Assembly (NCBI GenBank): GCA_030390025.1
Contig: CM059431.1
Coordinates: forward strand, 139,254,001-139,318,000
Source: Squalus acanthias
Lineage: Eukaryota
Length of the DNA stretch: 64,000 nucleotides
Direction: 5' to 3'
Shown: piece after piece, positions 39,045 through 51,998 of the stretch
Numbering within the stretch: position 1 is the first letter of the stretch
How the letters are laid out: each line of letters starts with the position of its first letter
The notes under the pieces: model-generated
What the model was told of the DNA's origin: nothing
The model's input: the letters and a program-made list of their open reading frames with translations, nothing else
Database searches by the model: none
Translations under genes and position numbers: made by a program

Positions 39045-39500
39045 AAAACGAAATTACTTGCACTTATGTCTCGCCTTTCACCCTCTCATGACGACTCAAC
39101 GCGCTTAACAGCCAATGAAGTGCTTTTGAAGTGTAGTCACTGTTGTAATGTAGGAAACGCGGCAGCCAAATTACACAAAGCAAGTTCCCCCAATCAGCAA
39201 TGTGATAATGACCAGATAATCTGTTTCTGTGATGTTGATTGAGGGATAAATATTGGCCAGGACACCGGGGATAACTCCCCCGCTCCTCTTCGCAATAGTG
39301 CCTTGGGACCTTTTACGTCCACAAGAGAGCAGACGGGGCCTGTGTTTAAAATCTCATCCGAAAGACAGCACCTGCGACAGTGCAGCTTTCCCTCAGTACT
39401 GCACTGGAGTGTCAGCCTAGATTTCCGTGCTTAAGTCTCTGCAATGAGACTGAAAGCACTGCCTTCTGACTAAGAGGTAAGGAATGCTGTCAACTGACAC
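39045..39500 (-). mobile_element. LF-SINE, essentially full length
   Basis: Reverse complement carries CTAGGCTGACACTCCAGTGCAGTACTGAGGG..CTTTCGGATGAGA..TTTCCTACATTACAACAGTGACTACACTTCAAAAG, recognised as the LF-SINE consensus. tRNA-like head and L2-type tail. Confidence 0.85.
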
Positions 39501-39879
39501 GGGGTTTGCGTTCAATGGTGACTTGATTTCCAAATGTTTGTCCATCAGGTTGGCAATTCGATTTGTATTGGATATTGAAGATATTCGAATTTCAAGATGA
39601 GGGCACAAGGTGCCACCTTTAAAGCCACCGACTTGTATAATGGCAGATAAAGTTTCTTCCAACACCTGTGCTACCAGAGACCTTCAATGCTTTTCAACAG
39701 GTAGATTGTTGATGCTGGTAATTCGCATCCTATGGAGAATGGGAGAGGAGAATGCAAACATGGTACATGGACATGATATAATGTGCGGAATGGGATCACA
39801 GAAATACTCCCACTTCATTGAAAGTTATCGACCAGTATTCTATGTAAGCGTTTGCCCACAATGATAGAGTGAATGCATT

Positions 39880-40470
39880 GATTGCCCACTTTCAATCTAA
39901 TTGAAGTTATGTTGAAGTCGAAAAGAACCTTGGTTAGACCACATTTGCAGTACTGTGAACGTCCAGGTATCCATGTTATAAAAAATATATAGAGACACTT
40001 CAGAAGATTCAAAAAATATCACTAGAATGATACCAAGAACTGAGAGGTTATTCCGAACAGGAAAGATTGAACAGACTGCGGATCTTTTCTCTAGAAAATA
40101 GAAGACTAAGGGGTGACCAGATAGAAGACTTTAAGATTATGAAAGCGTTTGATAGGGTAGACGTAGAGAAGATGTTCCCACTTGCGGGAGAAACCAGAAC
40201 TAGGGGCCATAATTCTAACATAGTCACTAATAAATTAATTAGGAATTTCAGGAGAAACTACTTTTGCCCGAGTATGGTTACAATGTCATACTCGCTGCCA
40301 CAGCATTAATTGAGGCGAATAGAATAGATGCATTTAAAGGTAATCTAGATAAACACTTGAGGAAGGAATAAAAGTATATGTTGATTGAGTGAGATGAAGG
40401 AGGGTGGGAGGAGGCTCATGAGGAGACTGAAAACACGGGCATGGACCTGTTGGGCTGAATATCCTGTTTT
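39880..40470 (+). mobile_element. CR1 3' fragment
   Basis: FSLENRRLRGDQIEDFKIMK.FDRVD. Confidence 0.85.
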
Positions 40471-41054
40471 TCATCTACTTGTGCTACTTTTAAGTGGTTC
40501 CGAGCATCAACTGCCCACATGTTTACCGCTGGTTCGCTGCTGGCTTAGACCAATTTCACTCAACGATCTTCTGACGCAGAGATGAGAGTGCTGGAACTGA
40601 GTCAAAGCCAGTCTGAACCAAACCTCTCTTCCTGTTGTGTGGGTTTTTAGCTATTTCCCTATTTTCTTCTATTCCAACTTGTGAAAGTGCTGACGCTCAA
40701 TTGTTGAATAAAATGATCACAAATCTTCAATGAAAGTTTCACAGTTTCTTCACCCATTTTTCCCAAATATTGTTCTAAGTGCCATAAAAATATAAAATCC
40801 GCTTTTCTATTAAGGAAAATTCAAATCAAAGTTCATCTCTCTTGATTAATCGAATTACATTCCAGGTGGAGTGTGTCTATATCAATGTTTTGGTTGAAGG
40901 CTTGTTCGTGAGGAAGATTATTTAAGCTTTTGTGGCACTGACACTTAACATTTAAATTTCAGTAATATTGGCCACATGCAGTTGGTGTAAGGAACGTGGG
41001 CGCCGAGTGATTCAGCGATGGATTATTAAACAATTGTGTGATGCTCGCGTAGAT

Positions 41055-41556
41055 TTGAATTTCACCCTTTCTCGAATCAAGTCCCGTTCACCCATCACCA
41101 CTCTGCTCGCTGACCTACAGTGGCTCCCGCTTAAGCAAAGCCTCGATATTAAAATTCTGTTCCTTGTTATCAAATCCCTCCATGGCCTCGCTTTTCCCGA
41201 TCTCTGTAATATCGTCCAGTCCTAAACCCTCCGAGATTTCTGCGCTCCTGCAATTCTAGCCTCTTGTGCATCCCCGATTTTAATCGCTCCACCATTGGTG
41301 GATTTGCCTTCATTTTGCCAATGGCCTAAGCTTCGGTTTTCCCATCCTAAGCCTCTCCACCTCTCTATCTCTCTTTCCTCGTTTAAGATGCACCTTAAAA
41401 CCTTCCTCTTTGACCAAAATTTTGTTCTTCTGCCCTAATATCTCCTTACGTGGTTCGGTTTCAAACTGTAATTGATAATCGATCATGTAAAGCGCTTTGG
41501 GACGTTTTATTGCGTTAAAGGCTCTTTGTGAATGCAAGTTGTATGTTGTTGTTATT
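41055..41556 (+). mobile_element. L2 LINE 3' end
   Basis: SPITTLLADLQWLP..KIL; tail TGTAAAGCGCTTTGGGACG..AATGCAAGT followed by (TTG)n. Confidence 0.85.
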
Positions 41557-41914
41557 AGGAATACAGGAGGAGGCCATTCAGCCCCTCGAACTTTTCCACC
41601 ATTGAATTAGATCAGGGCTGGTCTGTACCTAAACTCCATCCACCCACCTAGGTTGTGTTATCATGTTTGTCCTTTCTCTTATTCCTGATATTTACAATTT
41701 TAGACACTGATTGATTTTGTTGAAATTCTGCATCGTCTCGATTATTACCGAAAATCCCATCGAGCTCTAGAATGGTTTCTCCCAGTTGCGCTTCCAGTGT
41801 CCTGGATGGTGTGAGTGTTCCAGAGTGTGAGGCCACGGTTGCTGCCATTGAGACAACGATAGGAACATGGGAGAGGTGGGAAACCGTTGGTAGAGGCTGC
41901 TGTCCAGGATCGGA

Positions 41915-42375
41915 CACAGAATCATAGAATCACACAGCACAGTAGGAGGCCATTGGGCCCACTGTGCCTGTGCCGGCTCTTTGAAAGAGAGATCCAATTA
42001 TCTCCACTCTCCTGCTCTTTCCCCATAGCCCTGCAATGCTTTTAATTTTAACTTACTTTTTTAAAGTAACTATTGAATCTGCTTTCCCAGCAATCTCACG
42101 CAGTGCACGCACTCTCACACAGATCGTAACAACTCGCTGAGTAAATAACAATCTCCTCACATCACTTTACCAATTATCTGAAATTAGTGTCCTTTGGTTA
42201 CCGACCCGCTTGTCAGTGAAAACAGTTTCACCCTCTCTGCTCTATTACCACCCCCAACCCCCACGGCCATAATTTTGAACACATTTATTAAATCTCCGAT
42301 AACCCTGCTTTGCTCTAAGGAGAACAATCCCAGCTTCTATAGTCTCTCCACATAACTGAATTCCCTTATCACTGG
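41915..42375 (-). mobile_element. CR1 3' fragment
   Basis: Reverse-complemented CR1 tail and the LEKLGLFSLEQ region. Confidence 0.8.
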
Positions 42376-42923
42376 ACATGATGCAAAGCGACGAAGTTTG
42401 GAAAATATTGCCAGTTAGGAGCGGGAAAATCGAAAGAATCCAAAAAAAAAATACATTCGCCAGCTTTGTGAATCTCTAGATCCGCTTCAGGAAAAGGAAT
42501 CAGAGGAGAATGAAGAGCGAACCGCCCGCTTGACACCGCTCCCTGGTTTAAGACGCTGGGACATTTTATCTGATGGTATCGGTGACATTAACTGCTCTGA
42601 GGCATTTAAATGATTCTCGTGACTGCAGATCAGGAAATCAAACGCAACATTTGGTTCGGGACATTCAGAGTAATTCGGAACAAACAAGGCACCGAAAGGC
42701 TGGAAGGGAGACCGCACCGGTTGCAGGAGAGCTGGTTCGCGGTGACATGGGTGTGTCTGCAGTGTGCGGACCAGATCGTCTGTGCGTGTTCACAATGAAT
42801 GGCCCATTCTTTAATTTGGAAATGTAAAACTAGGAGTGGGCAATTGCTATTCCGGTCGTAGCAATCTGAAACGTTCACTCCCTGACACCCTGGTTTAGGA
42901 AATCTTGCAACAAAAGGTCCACC

Positions 42924-43001
42924 GTCTCTGTGGCGCAATCAGTTAGCGCGTTCGGCTGCTTAACCGTAAAGGTTGGTGGCCTTCGAGCCCTCCCAAAGAC
43001 G
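42924..43001 (+). pseudogene. tRNA-Asn(GTT) pseudogene
   Basis: GTCTCTGTGGCGCAATCAGTTAGCGCGTTCGGCTG..AACCG..AAAGGTTGGTGG..TTCGAGCCC..GACG, with small insertions in the anticodon and T arms; T4 downstream. Confidence 0.85.
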
Positions 43002-44159
43002 AATATTTTAAAAGTTTTATTTCCCTTTATGATTCTTTGTCGCACAGTTCCATGTTGTCAATGTGAGCTTTGGCTGCAGGAAAATATTCCGCACACATTG
43101 CCAGCTGTGCTGTTATCCAGTAAGTTCCCACCCAAATACTTTTATGAGTACTCATTTCAAATCAAATGATAAAAACATATCGAGGATCATGTTCCTCCAA
43201 CTAACCCATTAGAAAAATATTAAGTTATTGGATTCAAATAAACTGATGGAAATTGATTCTGTATCTACATATATCGAACTGGAACTCGCCATCGCACCGT
43301 GTGAGGCTACATTGAATGTGTGGCTACTGTACAGCTGGTATTCGGGAAAACAATTTGAAACACGCTGGGCCATTTTAGTGATAATTTAGCTGCATCTAAT
43401 AATTGAATTTCTTCAATGTAAAACGTTGTAAATCACTGCGGTCTGAAAGCAGGCACATGCGAACATGATGCAATATTTGTGTAGACGTCATGCTCTGGAA
43501 CACCCAGCCTAAACCCCTCCACCTTTACCCCTCCCTCACCTCCTTCAGACCCTCCTTAAAACCGAAGGCTTTGAACAGTTTGGGTCAACCCTCTTAATAG
43601 TTCCATATTTGTATAATATAATGAGCTAAAGCTGACGCCGATCAAAGGAGCATAAAACACTAAATATAAGGATGAGCTCACAAATATCAGGCGCAGTGCG
43701 GGTCTGGTCAACGTCAAACCCCTCCTTTCTCATTCAATAGAGGAAGAAGAGACTCAACGGGAGTCAGACGCCAGCAAGTATAATAAATAGAACAACAAAA
43801 GACGCAAATACAAGTAACATCTATTTCCAAAACTTATCAATGCACATTTATTTCACTTTATACAAAAGCTGACTGCTATGATTTTGAAAATGAGCACCAT
43901 GTGGTTTGTGTTCACTCGTGACTTGAATTCCTGTGCTTGTCCTTCAAGTTTGCAATTCAGTTTGTATTGGATATTGAAGAGACTCGCATTTCAAGATGAG
44001 AGGACAACGCACCACGTGTAAAGCAACCGACTTGTATAATGACACATGGAGTTTGTCCAACACCTGTGCTACCAGACCCTTTCAGTTGGTAGATTGATGA
44101 CATAATTTGCAGAATAGGACAACAAAAATACTCCAACGTCATTGAAAGTTATCGATCAT

Positions 44160-47100
44160 TTTTCTAAGTAAGGGTCCTGTGCACACTGATCAAGTCAACA
44201 ACACGTTTCTCTAGTTTAACCCTATTAATTCCTTTCATAATTCTAAAAACCTCAATGAAATCAGCGCTTAACCTTCTATATTCCAAGGAATACAAGCCTA
44301 GTTCATGTAATCTCGCCTCATAATCTAACCATTGGACCCTGGATACATTCTGGTGGATCTGTGCTGCACTGTTTCCGAGGCCAAAGTCTGTCCTTTCTGT
44401 GGTGCGGTGTCCAGAACTGAACAAAATCTTCCAGAGGTGGTCTAACCAGGACTTTGTACAGCTGTGGCAGCACTTTCTCCCCTTTGTATAACTGCCTCTG
44501 TAACCGATTATACAGCTCGTGTGATTGCATTGTATATACCAACTCGGCAAATAAGAACTCGTTTGGCCGGAATAAACTGTTTAAAAATTTCGATTTGAAA
44601 TCACTTCCACAAATTCATGTTTTTAAGAAACTGTATAAAAATCCCGGTATCCAGTTTTAGTGTCATTGGATCAGGAAACTTCGTCAGTCACCACACACTG
44701 TGCATCGACACTGCAGAGGCTCCAACACCTCTGAGAATATTGTTTTTCCAAACTCTCAGTTTTCAAAATGGTATTGGATAATTACTTGAAAGGGATGAAT
44801 GTGCACGGCTGTGGGGAAAGAGCAGGGGAGTGGAATTCATTGGAGTGCTCTTTCAAAGAGCCGGCACAGGCAGGATGGGTGAATTGCATCATTGTGTGCT
44901 GTGTCATTCTATGATTCTACTAACAGATCAATTTCTGCCATTCTCTACAGCCTTCCTCAATAGAGCACCGAAATTCTATTTCTGCAAAAATAATTCCTGA
45001 AGTGCTGCACGGCTGGTTATGTTCCTAAAATCATTCTTGCTGCCGTATTTCCGTAGTGCAGTGGTTATCATGTTTGCTTAACACAGGAAATATCTCTGTT
45101 TCGGAACTGGACAGAAATATTTTGAGAATTTGTTCAATTACATATTAGGAAAATAGAATAATTCACATTTGTGTTTCGATATTAACAAAATACAACATCT
45201 GTCAGCTGTGTTATATTTGCTGTTTCTCAGTTCGGTTCTGTACACATTCAAACTCTACAGTGTCTCTGTATCTCTGTATGCAGTGTCGCTGCAACTATAG
45301 AAACCCTGGTTAGACCATACCTGGAGTACTGTGAGCAGTTCTGGGCAGCACACCTTAGGAAGGATATAATGGCCTGGGAGGGAGTGCAGCGTAGGTTTAC
45401 CAGAATTATACCCGGACTTCAAGGGTTAAGTTACAAGGAGAGATTAAACATATTCACTGGTTGTATTCACTGGAGTTTAGAAGGTTAAGGGGTGACCTGA
45501 TCGAATTTTTCAAGATTTTAAGGGGAACAGATAACGTAGATAGCGATAAACTATTTTTGCTATTTGGGGATTCTAGGAGTAGGGGGCACAATCTAAAAAT
45601 TATAGACAGACATTTCAGGAGTGAAATTAGGACACACTTCTACACAGAAAGGGTGGTAGAATTTTGGAACTCTCTTCCGGAAATGGCAATTGATGCTCGA
45701 TCAATTGTAAAGTTTAAATCTGAGATTGATAGTTTTTTGTTAACTAAAGGTATGAAGCGATATGAAAGGCGGATGTATAGAGTTAGGTCGCAGATCAGCC
45801 TTGATCTCTTGGAATGGCGGAACAGGCTCAAGGGGCTGAATGGCATCCTCCTGTTCCTATGTTCCGATGCTCTCTCACTCGCTGCCGTCAACAGTACTGA
45901 CGGTGCATAAAGCCCCTCTCAAAGCTGCACATTCCGGCTGATATCAGTTGAATTTTGAGAGATGATTAAAGGATCCTGCAGCGCTGCCTCGGTCAACAAC
46001 AGCAGTTCTAAGCCGCATTTCAAACCCGGGAACAAACCCATCAATTATTCGCTCTTCCCCAGCTCCAGGCTGAGTGAGGCCGGGACAAGCAGCAACATTC
46101 CGGTCCCGCACTCTCCAATCACCCGCTACCAGCGGAGAGCGGCGGATGCAGCCTCAATCAGCGGGTTACTGCCCATCACTGCAATGCAAGCTGCCACGGC
46201 CCGGGCCAAATCTCCCCGTACACCCAGCAAAGGCTTCCGAAAAGGCCTACCGATTATATCCCGGTCACTCAGCCTTCTAGCAGCATTTACAGATACCGGA
46301 GTGAGGGAAACTTTCTTTGGTCCTCAATGGGGAAACCCCGGGCGGAAACAATTTGTGGGAACTTGCTCCTCATGAACGTTTCTTCTCGTGTGAAAGGGGC
46401 TACAATCCTTTTAAATTTAACAACGGCTGCAGCAGATTCCAGGTTTCATACTCACTGAATAGTTTAAACCAAACTCTTAAAATACAGTGCACAAAACGGG
46501 AAGGTTCAATGTTCAGGACATGCAGAGCAGAAAAGCTATTTCATTTTCACTGTCACTCGTCAAACATATGAGCATTTCGTTCAGTCTGCAAAAAAATGAT
46601 GGGACATTAACATAATTATTCACGGTCTCACAGAGAGGCTCAGGATAATGCGGGCACCTTAAAAACAGACGCAGGCGACATTGTAATTGAAAATAAAGAA
46701 ATGGCAGACATGTTAAACAATTGCATTGCATCGGTCTTCTAAGTAGAGGAAAGGAAAAACTAATAGAGACATGGAGAATACGAAAACTAAAACACCCGGA
46801 GGGATATACTAGATTTAATATAACGACATCCAGCAGGCATTTGATAAGGTTCCTCAAAAGAGACTGTTAGCAAAAACCAAAGCGCGTGGAATTTGAGGCA
46901 ACGTATTGACACGGGTAGGAAATTGGCTAGGAGGTAGGAGGCACAGAGTATGGATAATGGGTATGTGCTCCAATTGGCAGGATGTGACTCGTGGTGTCCC
47001 CTGGGATCTGTACTGCGACCTCAGATTTTCACTATATTGATAAATGACTTAGATGAAGGAATAGAGAACCGGATTTCCAAGTTTACTGATGGCACTAAGT

Positions 47101-47260
47101 TGGGAGCACAGTAAGCAGTGTAGGTGGGAGCAGTGAATTGTAAAAGGACACTGATGCGTTATGTGAGTGGGAAATCTGTGATTAATGGTTTTCAATGTGG
47201 GGAAGTGTCTGATCATCCACTTTGAACTACAGAAAGATAAGTCAGTGGTTTTTCCAAAAA
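44160..47260. mobile_element. Cluster of CR1 fragments (44160-44500 minus; 44760-44920, 45280-45865 and 46540-47260 plus)
   Basis: PQLYKVLVRPPLE, YSLEFRRLRGDLIE and INDLDEGIE..ISKF.DGTKLG remnants. Confidence 0.75.
45047..45119 (+). pseudogene. tRNA-Val(AAC) pseudogene
   Basis: ATTTCCGTAGTGCAGTGGTTATCATGTTTGCTTAACAC..TTCGGAAC..GAAATA aligns to vertebrate tRNA-Val; T4 follows. Confidence 0.78.
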
Positions 47261-47383
47261 CATTGTGTTAGAGAATGATTTTTTCTGAGGACAGTGGAAT
47301 ATGGCAACTGATATTAGAAAAAGCGACCCCCCTTTGCGATTGGTTGGGCCGGCCCACATGATCCCAGGGACGGTTATGAACCG

Positions 47384-48056
47384 AAATAACAACAGAAAAC
47401 GCTGGAAAAACTCAGCAGGCCAGGCAGCATCCGTGGAGAGAGAAAGAGAGTTAACGTTTCAGGTCGATGACCTTTCATCAGAACTGGGAAGAGCCGGAAA
47501 TCAAATAGATTTAAGGCCAGGGTAAAGCTGGGAAAAGGGGGAAGTCCACGGAAGCGCAGCGTAAGCTCGAGGAACAGCACCTCATCTTTCGTTTAGGCAC
47601 GCTACAGCCCTCTGGACTCAATATCGAGTTCAACAATTTTAGATCATAACCTCAGCTCCAATCACATTTATATTTTATTTTTATTTGTCCCCCCCCCACC
47701 TTTTTTTTTCCTCCTAGAAGCTGGCAGCTGTCCTTCATTCTGCCAGTGGATTTCACACTTCATTCAGCCTTAATCTGTCACATTAACACCACCTCTAGCC
47801 TTGCATATCTCTTAATGTCTCTTAATGTCTCTTCATCTCCCCCTTTGTTCCTTTATCCCCTCCCCCTTTTCCCAGCTTTACCCTGGCCTTAAATCTATTT
47901 GATTTCCGGCTCTTCCCAGTTCTGATGAAAGGTCATCGACCTGAAACGTTAACTCTCTTTCTCTCTCCACGGATGCTGCCTGGCCTGCTGAGTTTTTCCA
48001 GCGTTTTCTGTTGTTATTTCGGATTTCCAGCATCCGCAGTATTTTGCTATCGTATT
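47384..48056 (+). mobile_element. 5'-truncated Penelope-like element with inverted pLTR, GIY-YIG C-terminus and 14-bp TSD
   Basis: TSD ACGGTTATGAACCG at 47370-47383 and 48057-48070. 162-bp inverted arms at 47381-47542 and 47861-48022. STEAQRKLEEQHLIFRLGTLQPSGLNIEFNNFRS* at 47545-47649. Confidence 0.92.
47918..47954 (+). ncRNA. Minimal type I hammerhead ribozyme (mirror copy at 47449-47485, minus strand)
   Basis: agtt CTGATGA a AGGTC-atc-GACCT GAAA CG TT aact. Confidence 0.8.
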
Positions 48057-48679
48057 ACGGTTATGAACCGCATGTGCTCCTGCGATATGTGGGACTTTAC
48101 TCAGGCGTAGGCCTGCAGACCCAGGAGCGCGAGTCTTCGAAGGTACGGAGGCACCAGGAAGTTGCGAACTTTACTGGCGGTTTGGACCTCATTAAATCCA
48201 ATGGGATCTGCGGGCCACTCACAGCGTTTATTTTTTAGCGACTTTGTAGTGAATTAGAATGATTGTAAGTGAGATTTCATAGTGAAATTTTAGTTACAGG
48301 ACAAGTCTGCTTTGGATGATATAGAGGCCGAAGACATAGGCTGTTAGATTCTGAATTAAAATATAATGTAAACCACTGAAACTGTTGAATTGTAGTTGAC
48401 CCCAACACCAGCAGTTTAATTGTACTTTTCGTATTAACAATCCTATGACAAACATATAAAGGTTACAGGAATATCCGGGACCTGAATGTATGCGAGACAC
48501 TGTTCTTAATCCACTAAGATAAGGTGGACCATGATGAGCTGTTTCACCTTGTCCACAACAGGAGAACCAGAGGACACGGCCTGAGATTGAAGAAGTAAAT
48601 TCAAAACGAATCTCTGGAAACATTATTTCAGTGAGCGACTGTCTATCTATGGAACAGGCTTCCTTCCTAATCTTCATAT

Positions 48680-49350
48680 TAAAACTAGAGAACAGGGGAG
48701 TTCAGGGGAACACGGGCAGCAAAATTAGAATTGGAATAAAGGAGAATTCAGGGGAACACTGTAAATGTTTAATTAGAAATGGAGAAAAGGAAAATTAAGT
48801 GCAATAAATTAACTGCTAATTAGAAATAGACTAAAGGAAATATAGAGGAACACAGTGATGGTTTAATTAGAAATAGAGCACAGTGGAATATGGTAACTGA
48901 TATTAGAAATAGGGACCAGCGGAACACAATAACACTTCATTTAGAAGTAGGGGACAGGGGAAGATAGTAACTGTTCAATTAGAAATAGAGGACAAGGACA
49001 TTCAGGGTAATCAACGAACAGTCTAATTAGAAATAGAATTAAATGAGACATGGGGTAACACAGTAACTGTTTATTTAGAAATAGGGGACTGGGGAGACAG
49101 TAACTCTTTATTTAGAAATAGAGGAGACGGGAATGTCAGGGAAACACATTAACTGTTTAATTAGAAATTGGGGCGCAAGAACATAGTACCCATGTATATA
49201 GCATTACTTGACAGGGGACCACAGTTACTGTTTAATAACAAATAGAGGGCAAGCAATGTCGAGGAAACACAATAACTGTTTAATTAGAAATAGAGAAACT
49301 CAAAGGGAGTATCAAAACATTTTAAATAGAAACAGGGGACGGGGAAACAC
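48680..49350. repeat. Degenerate ~40-50-bp tandem repeat
   Basis: Recurrent AATTAGAAATAG..GGAACACAGTAACTGTTT. Confidence 0.75.
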
Positions 49351-51998
49351 AACCACATCAGATTGAATGTGACACGGTAATGTAATCGTTAATTATTCAT
49401 GCCTTTGCTTTCCATATTACCTGTTGAGTTCGGATGATGTGGTTGATTGCAGGTCGCGTTCTCAGGATTGTAGCTGGGTTCAGAACATCGCTGACTAATG
49501 GAATTAAAACCTCCGCCTACTGCCTGACTCCTGCCTTAAATATTGTGGGTCGTCTGAATCGAGATAAATGAGAATGTGATTCTTGCACAGAACTGTCCGC
49601 ATCTAATGAGCAATTTCCCCAGAAGTTGGATGCCATCCGGATTGGCAGAGCCCGAGGACCTGCAATCAATTGTATTTTGGCTTTTGGATAACGTCAGGGT
49701 CAAGAAGAACGTTAAAGAGTTAATCACAGTAAGTAAATGGAGCCCATTCACAATTAAAGTACAAAGGCTTTTATTAGCGTAAGATTTTCAATAAGGCTCT
49801 TGAACATTGGAGTGAAGTGCCATAGATTTATTAAGCACATAATACACGCAATTTTATTTAAGTATACATTTAAAAGGTAGAAATTAGACCCACACCTGAT
49901 ATTGATTGGGTGGAGACCCAAACTTGTCACAGTTCTGAGTTGCTTAGGCCTTTAGCAAAACAATATTCATTTAAACTGCCAGTTTTCATGCATTTTTCTC
50001 ATTCCCTGTACTTGACAATCCACACAATCCTGCATTACAAGAGTATATAAAATTTAAAAAAAAATCCATATAAAGATAAATTAATTGAGATATATGATCG
50101 ATAGTTTCACTCTTGATTCATATAATTGCAATTGTACCAAATGAATCATTTAGTAATAAGTCCGTCTTTGTTTCTGTATCTACTGTACTAATTCAAAATG
50201 ATGATGGATGCCCGGATGTTTTGCTTTGCAGTACTGTCTTCCCACACTGTTACTAAATGATTAAAGTTCCCTGAAATTGATGAATCTTTTTGCAATGTCA
50301 TGAGTTTAATTAAATCGCTTATGACTTCATCCTGAAACTGACCGTCGCTGCAGCGTCAGCGCTGGCCCAGCAGCCAATGGTACTTTAATTAGATTTATAT
50401 GTCCCTGCATAACAGGAAAAGGCTAAAGGTTTACATTGCTACAATAAAAAGACAAACCAATACAGTATAGCTTTAGAAGAATGTCGGGTGGTTTGATTAA
50501 CCATTTCCTTACATTGCATCCTTTGTTGGCGTTAGAATATTTATGGTCAATACTTACCAATTTTTCATCAGCATCATATATCTATCTCGACCTATTCTAT
50601 GGCACAGGTCTCTGCACCTGGATTTTACATATGTTCTCACTCTCCAGAACCAGATTAAACATTTCATGCAGTGGTGTTATCAGTGTGACTGACCATGTCT
50701 TGGAACCTATTCTTCATCAAGTATTTCACAGGCTTGTTGCTTTATGTACGATATGTCACTTCTGCACACACAGCGCTTCCAAAGACTATGCCGCGCGAGC
50801 CATCCGTTACAAGCCATCCCTCTCCTTTTTGGTTATCATGTAGAACGACCAGGGGCATGGAGGTGTTTGATTAGAATCTCCCCCTGCATGGTCCTGATGT
50901 TTTTGGATAGTGGCCAAGCTATCAAATACAAACTTCTCATCGTTCAGTATAAAAAGGGACACAGCCATTTCCAAGAAAAAGTTATCAATTATCCATCTTA
51001 ACTAAACTTACCTGACTTTCACTAGATTGTGCTTTGACAGCAGATTGATATATTTTGTCAAGTGGTACCCAGGTGATTTAAGTTAAGAAGGGACTTGGCA
51101 GTATAGATAGAAGCAAACTGCTTCCATTAGTTGAGGGATCAAGGGCTAACGGCCAGAGATACATATATGTTAGAGATTTAGAACGAAAGTAAGTAGGAGC
51201 CACTTCACATGGAGAGTTGTGAGACTGGAAATAACGGAGGCAGAAATTGTCATGTATTGAAGATTAAATTATATACATGGATGAATAACAATAGGTTGAA
51301 TTGATGTTGAAACCGGGCGGGTAAAGTGGATGGAACTAATTACTGGGGTGGAGTGAAAACGCCAACAAGGACTGATTGGGTCGAATGGACTGTCCCCTGT
51401 TTAACATTCCAACATTTTGATGACCAGGTGAGATTTTCAGTAAATATCTGTGAACAAAGATGTCTAATGTCACATTGACGAGTCAAGTTCCTACTGTCTC
51501 CATCATTAGACACTGATCAGGAGACAGGGCCCCGTTCTATTGGTCCAGGAGATACTGGGCGGCGGAGTCTGATGGGGAGACCAGCGCCTGCAACATTCAC
51601 ACCAAGATTACAGAATTACAGGTAACCACCATTGTAACACATTGTTTCTACACTGAAGGAAAAATTACCTGTTAATTAAACTGGGGCGTCTCATTCCAGT
51701 ACCTGCGGTGTGAGGCAGTTAATGCTGACGCCCACATGTTCTACTTCACTGCTGAAGCTCAGTCATGACTGTTCTCTTTGAATCTTGAGCGGGAAGAGCG
51801 CTGTTTTAGAAAAAATCGATTCTGTTCACCCGGGGAAAGCAGCAGAGATCAAACACACGGCAGAATGTCACGGAAATTTGTTCTGATACCTGTTTACTTT
51901 AACAACAGCAAACCCTTTCCCTCCTAACAGAAGACGGCCGTTCTAAAAGGGAATTTTAATTTAACTCTAGTTTGGACAGGAAGTTTCCGGGTATTTTT

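Noticed and set aside
45962..46375. 137-aa ORF in a CpG-rich stretch
   Set aside because: No recognisable domain or splice context.
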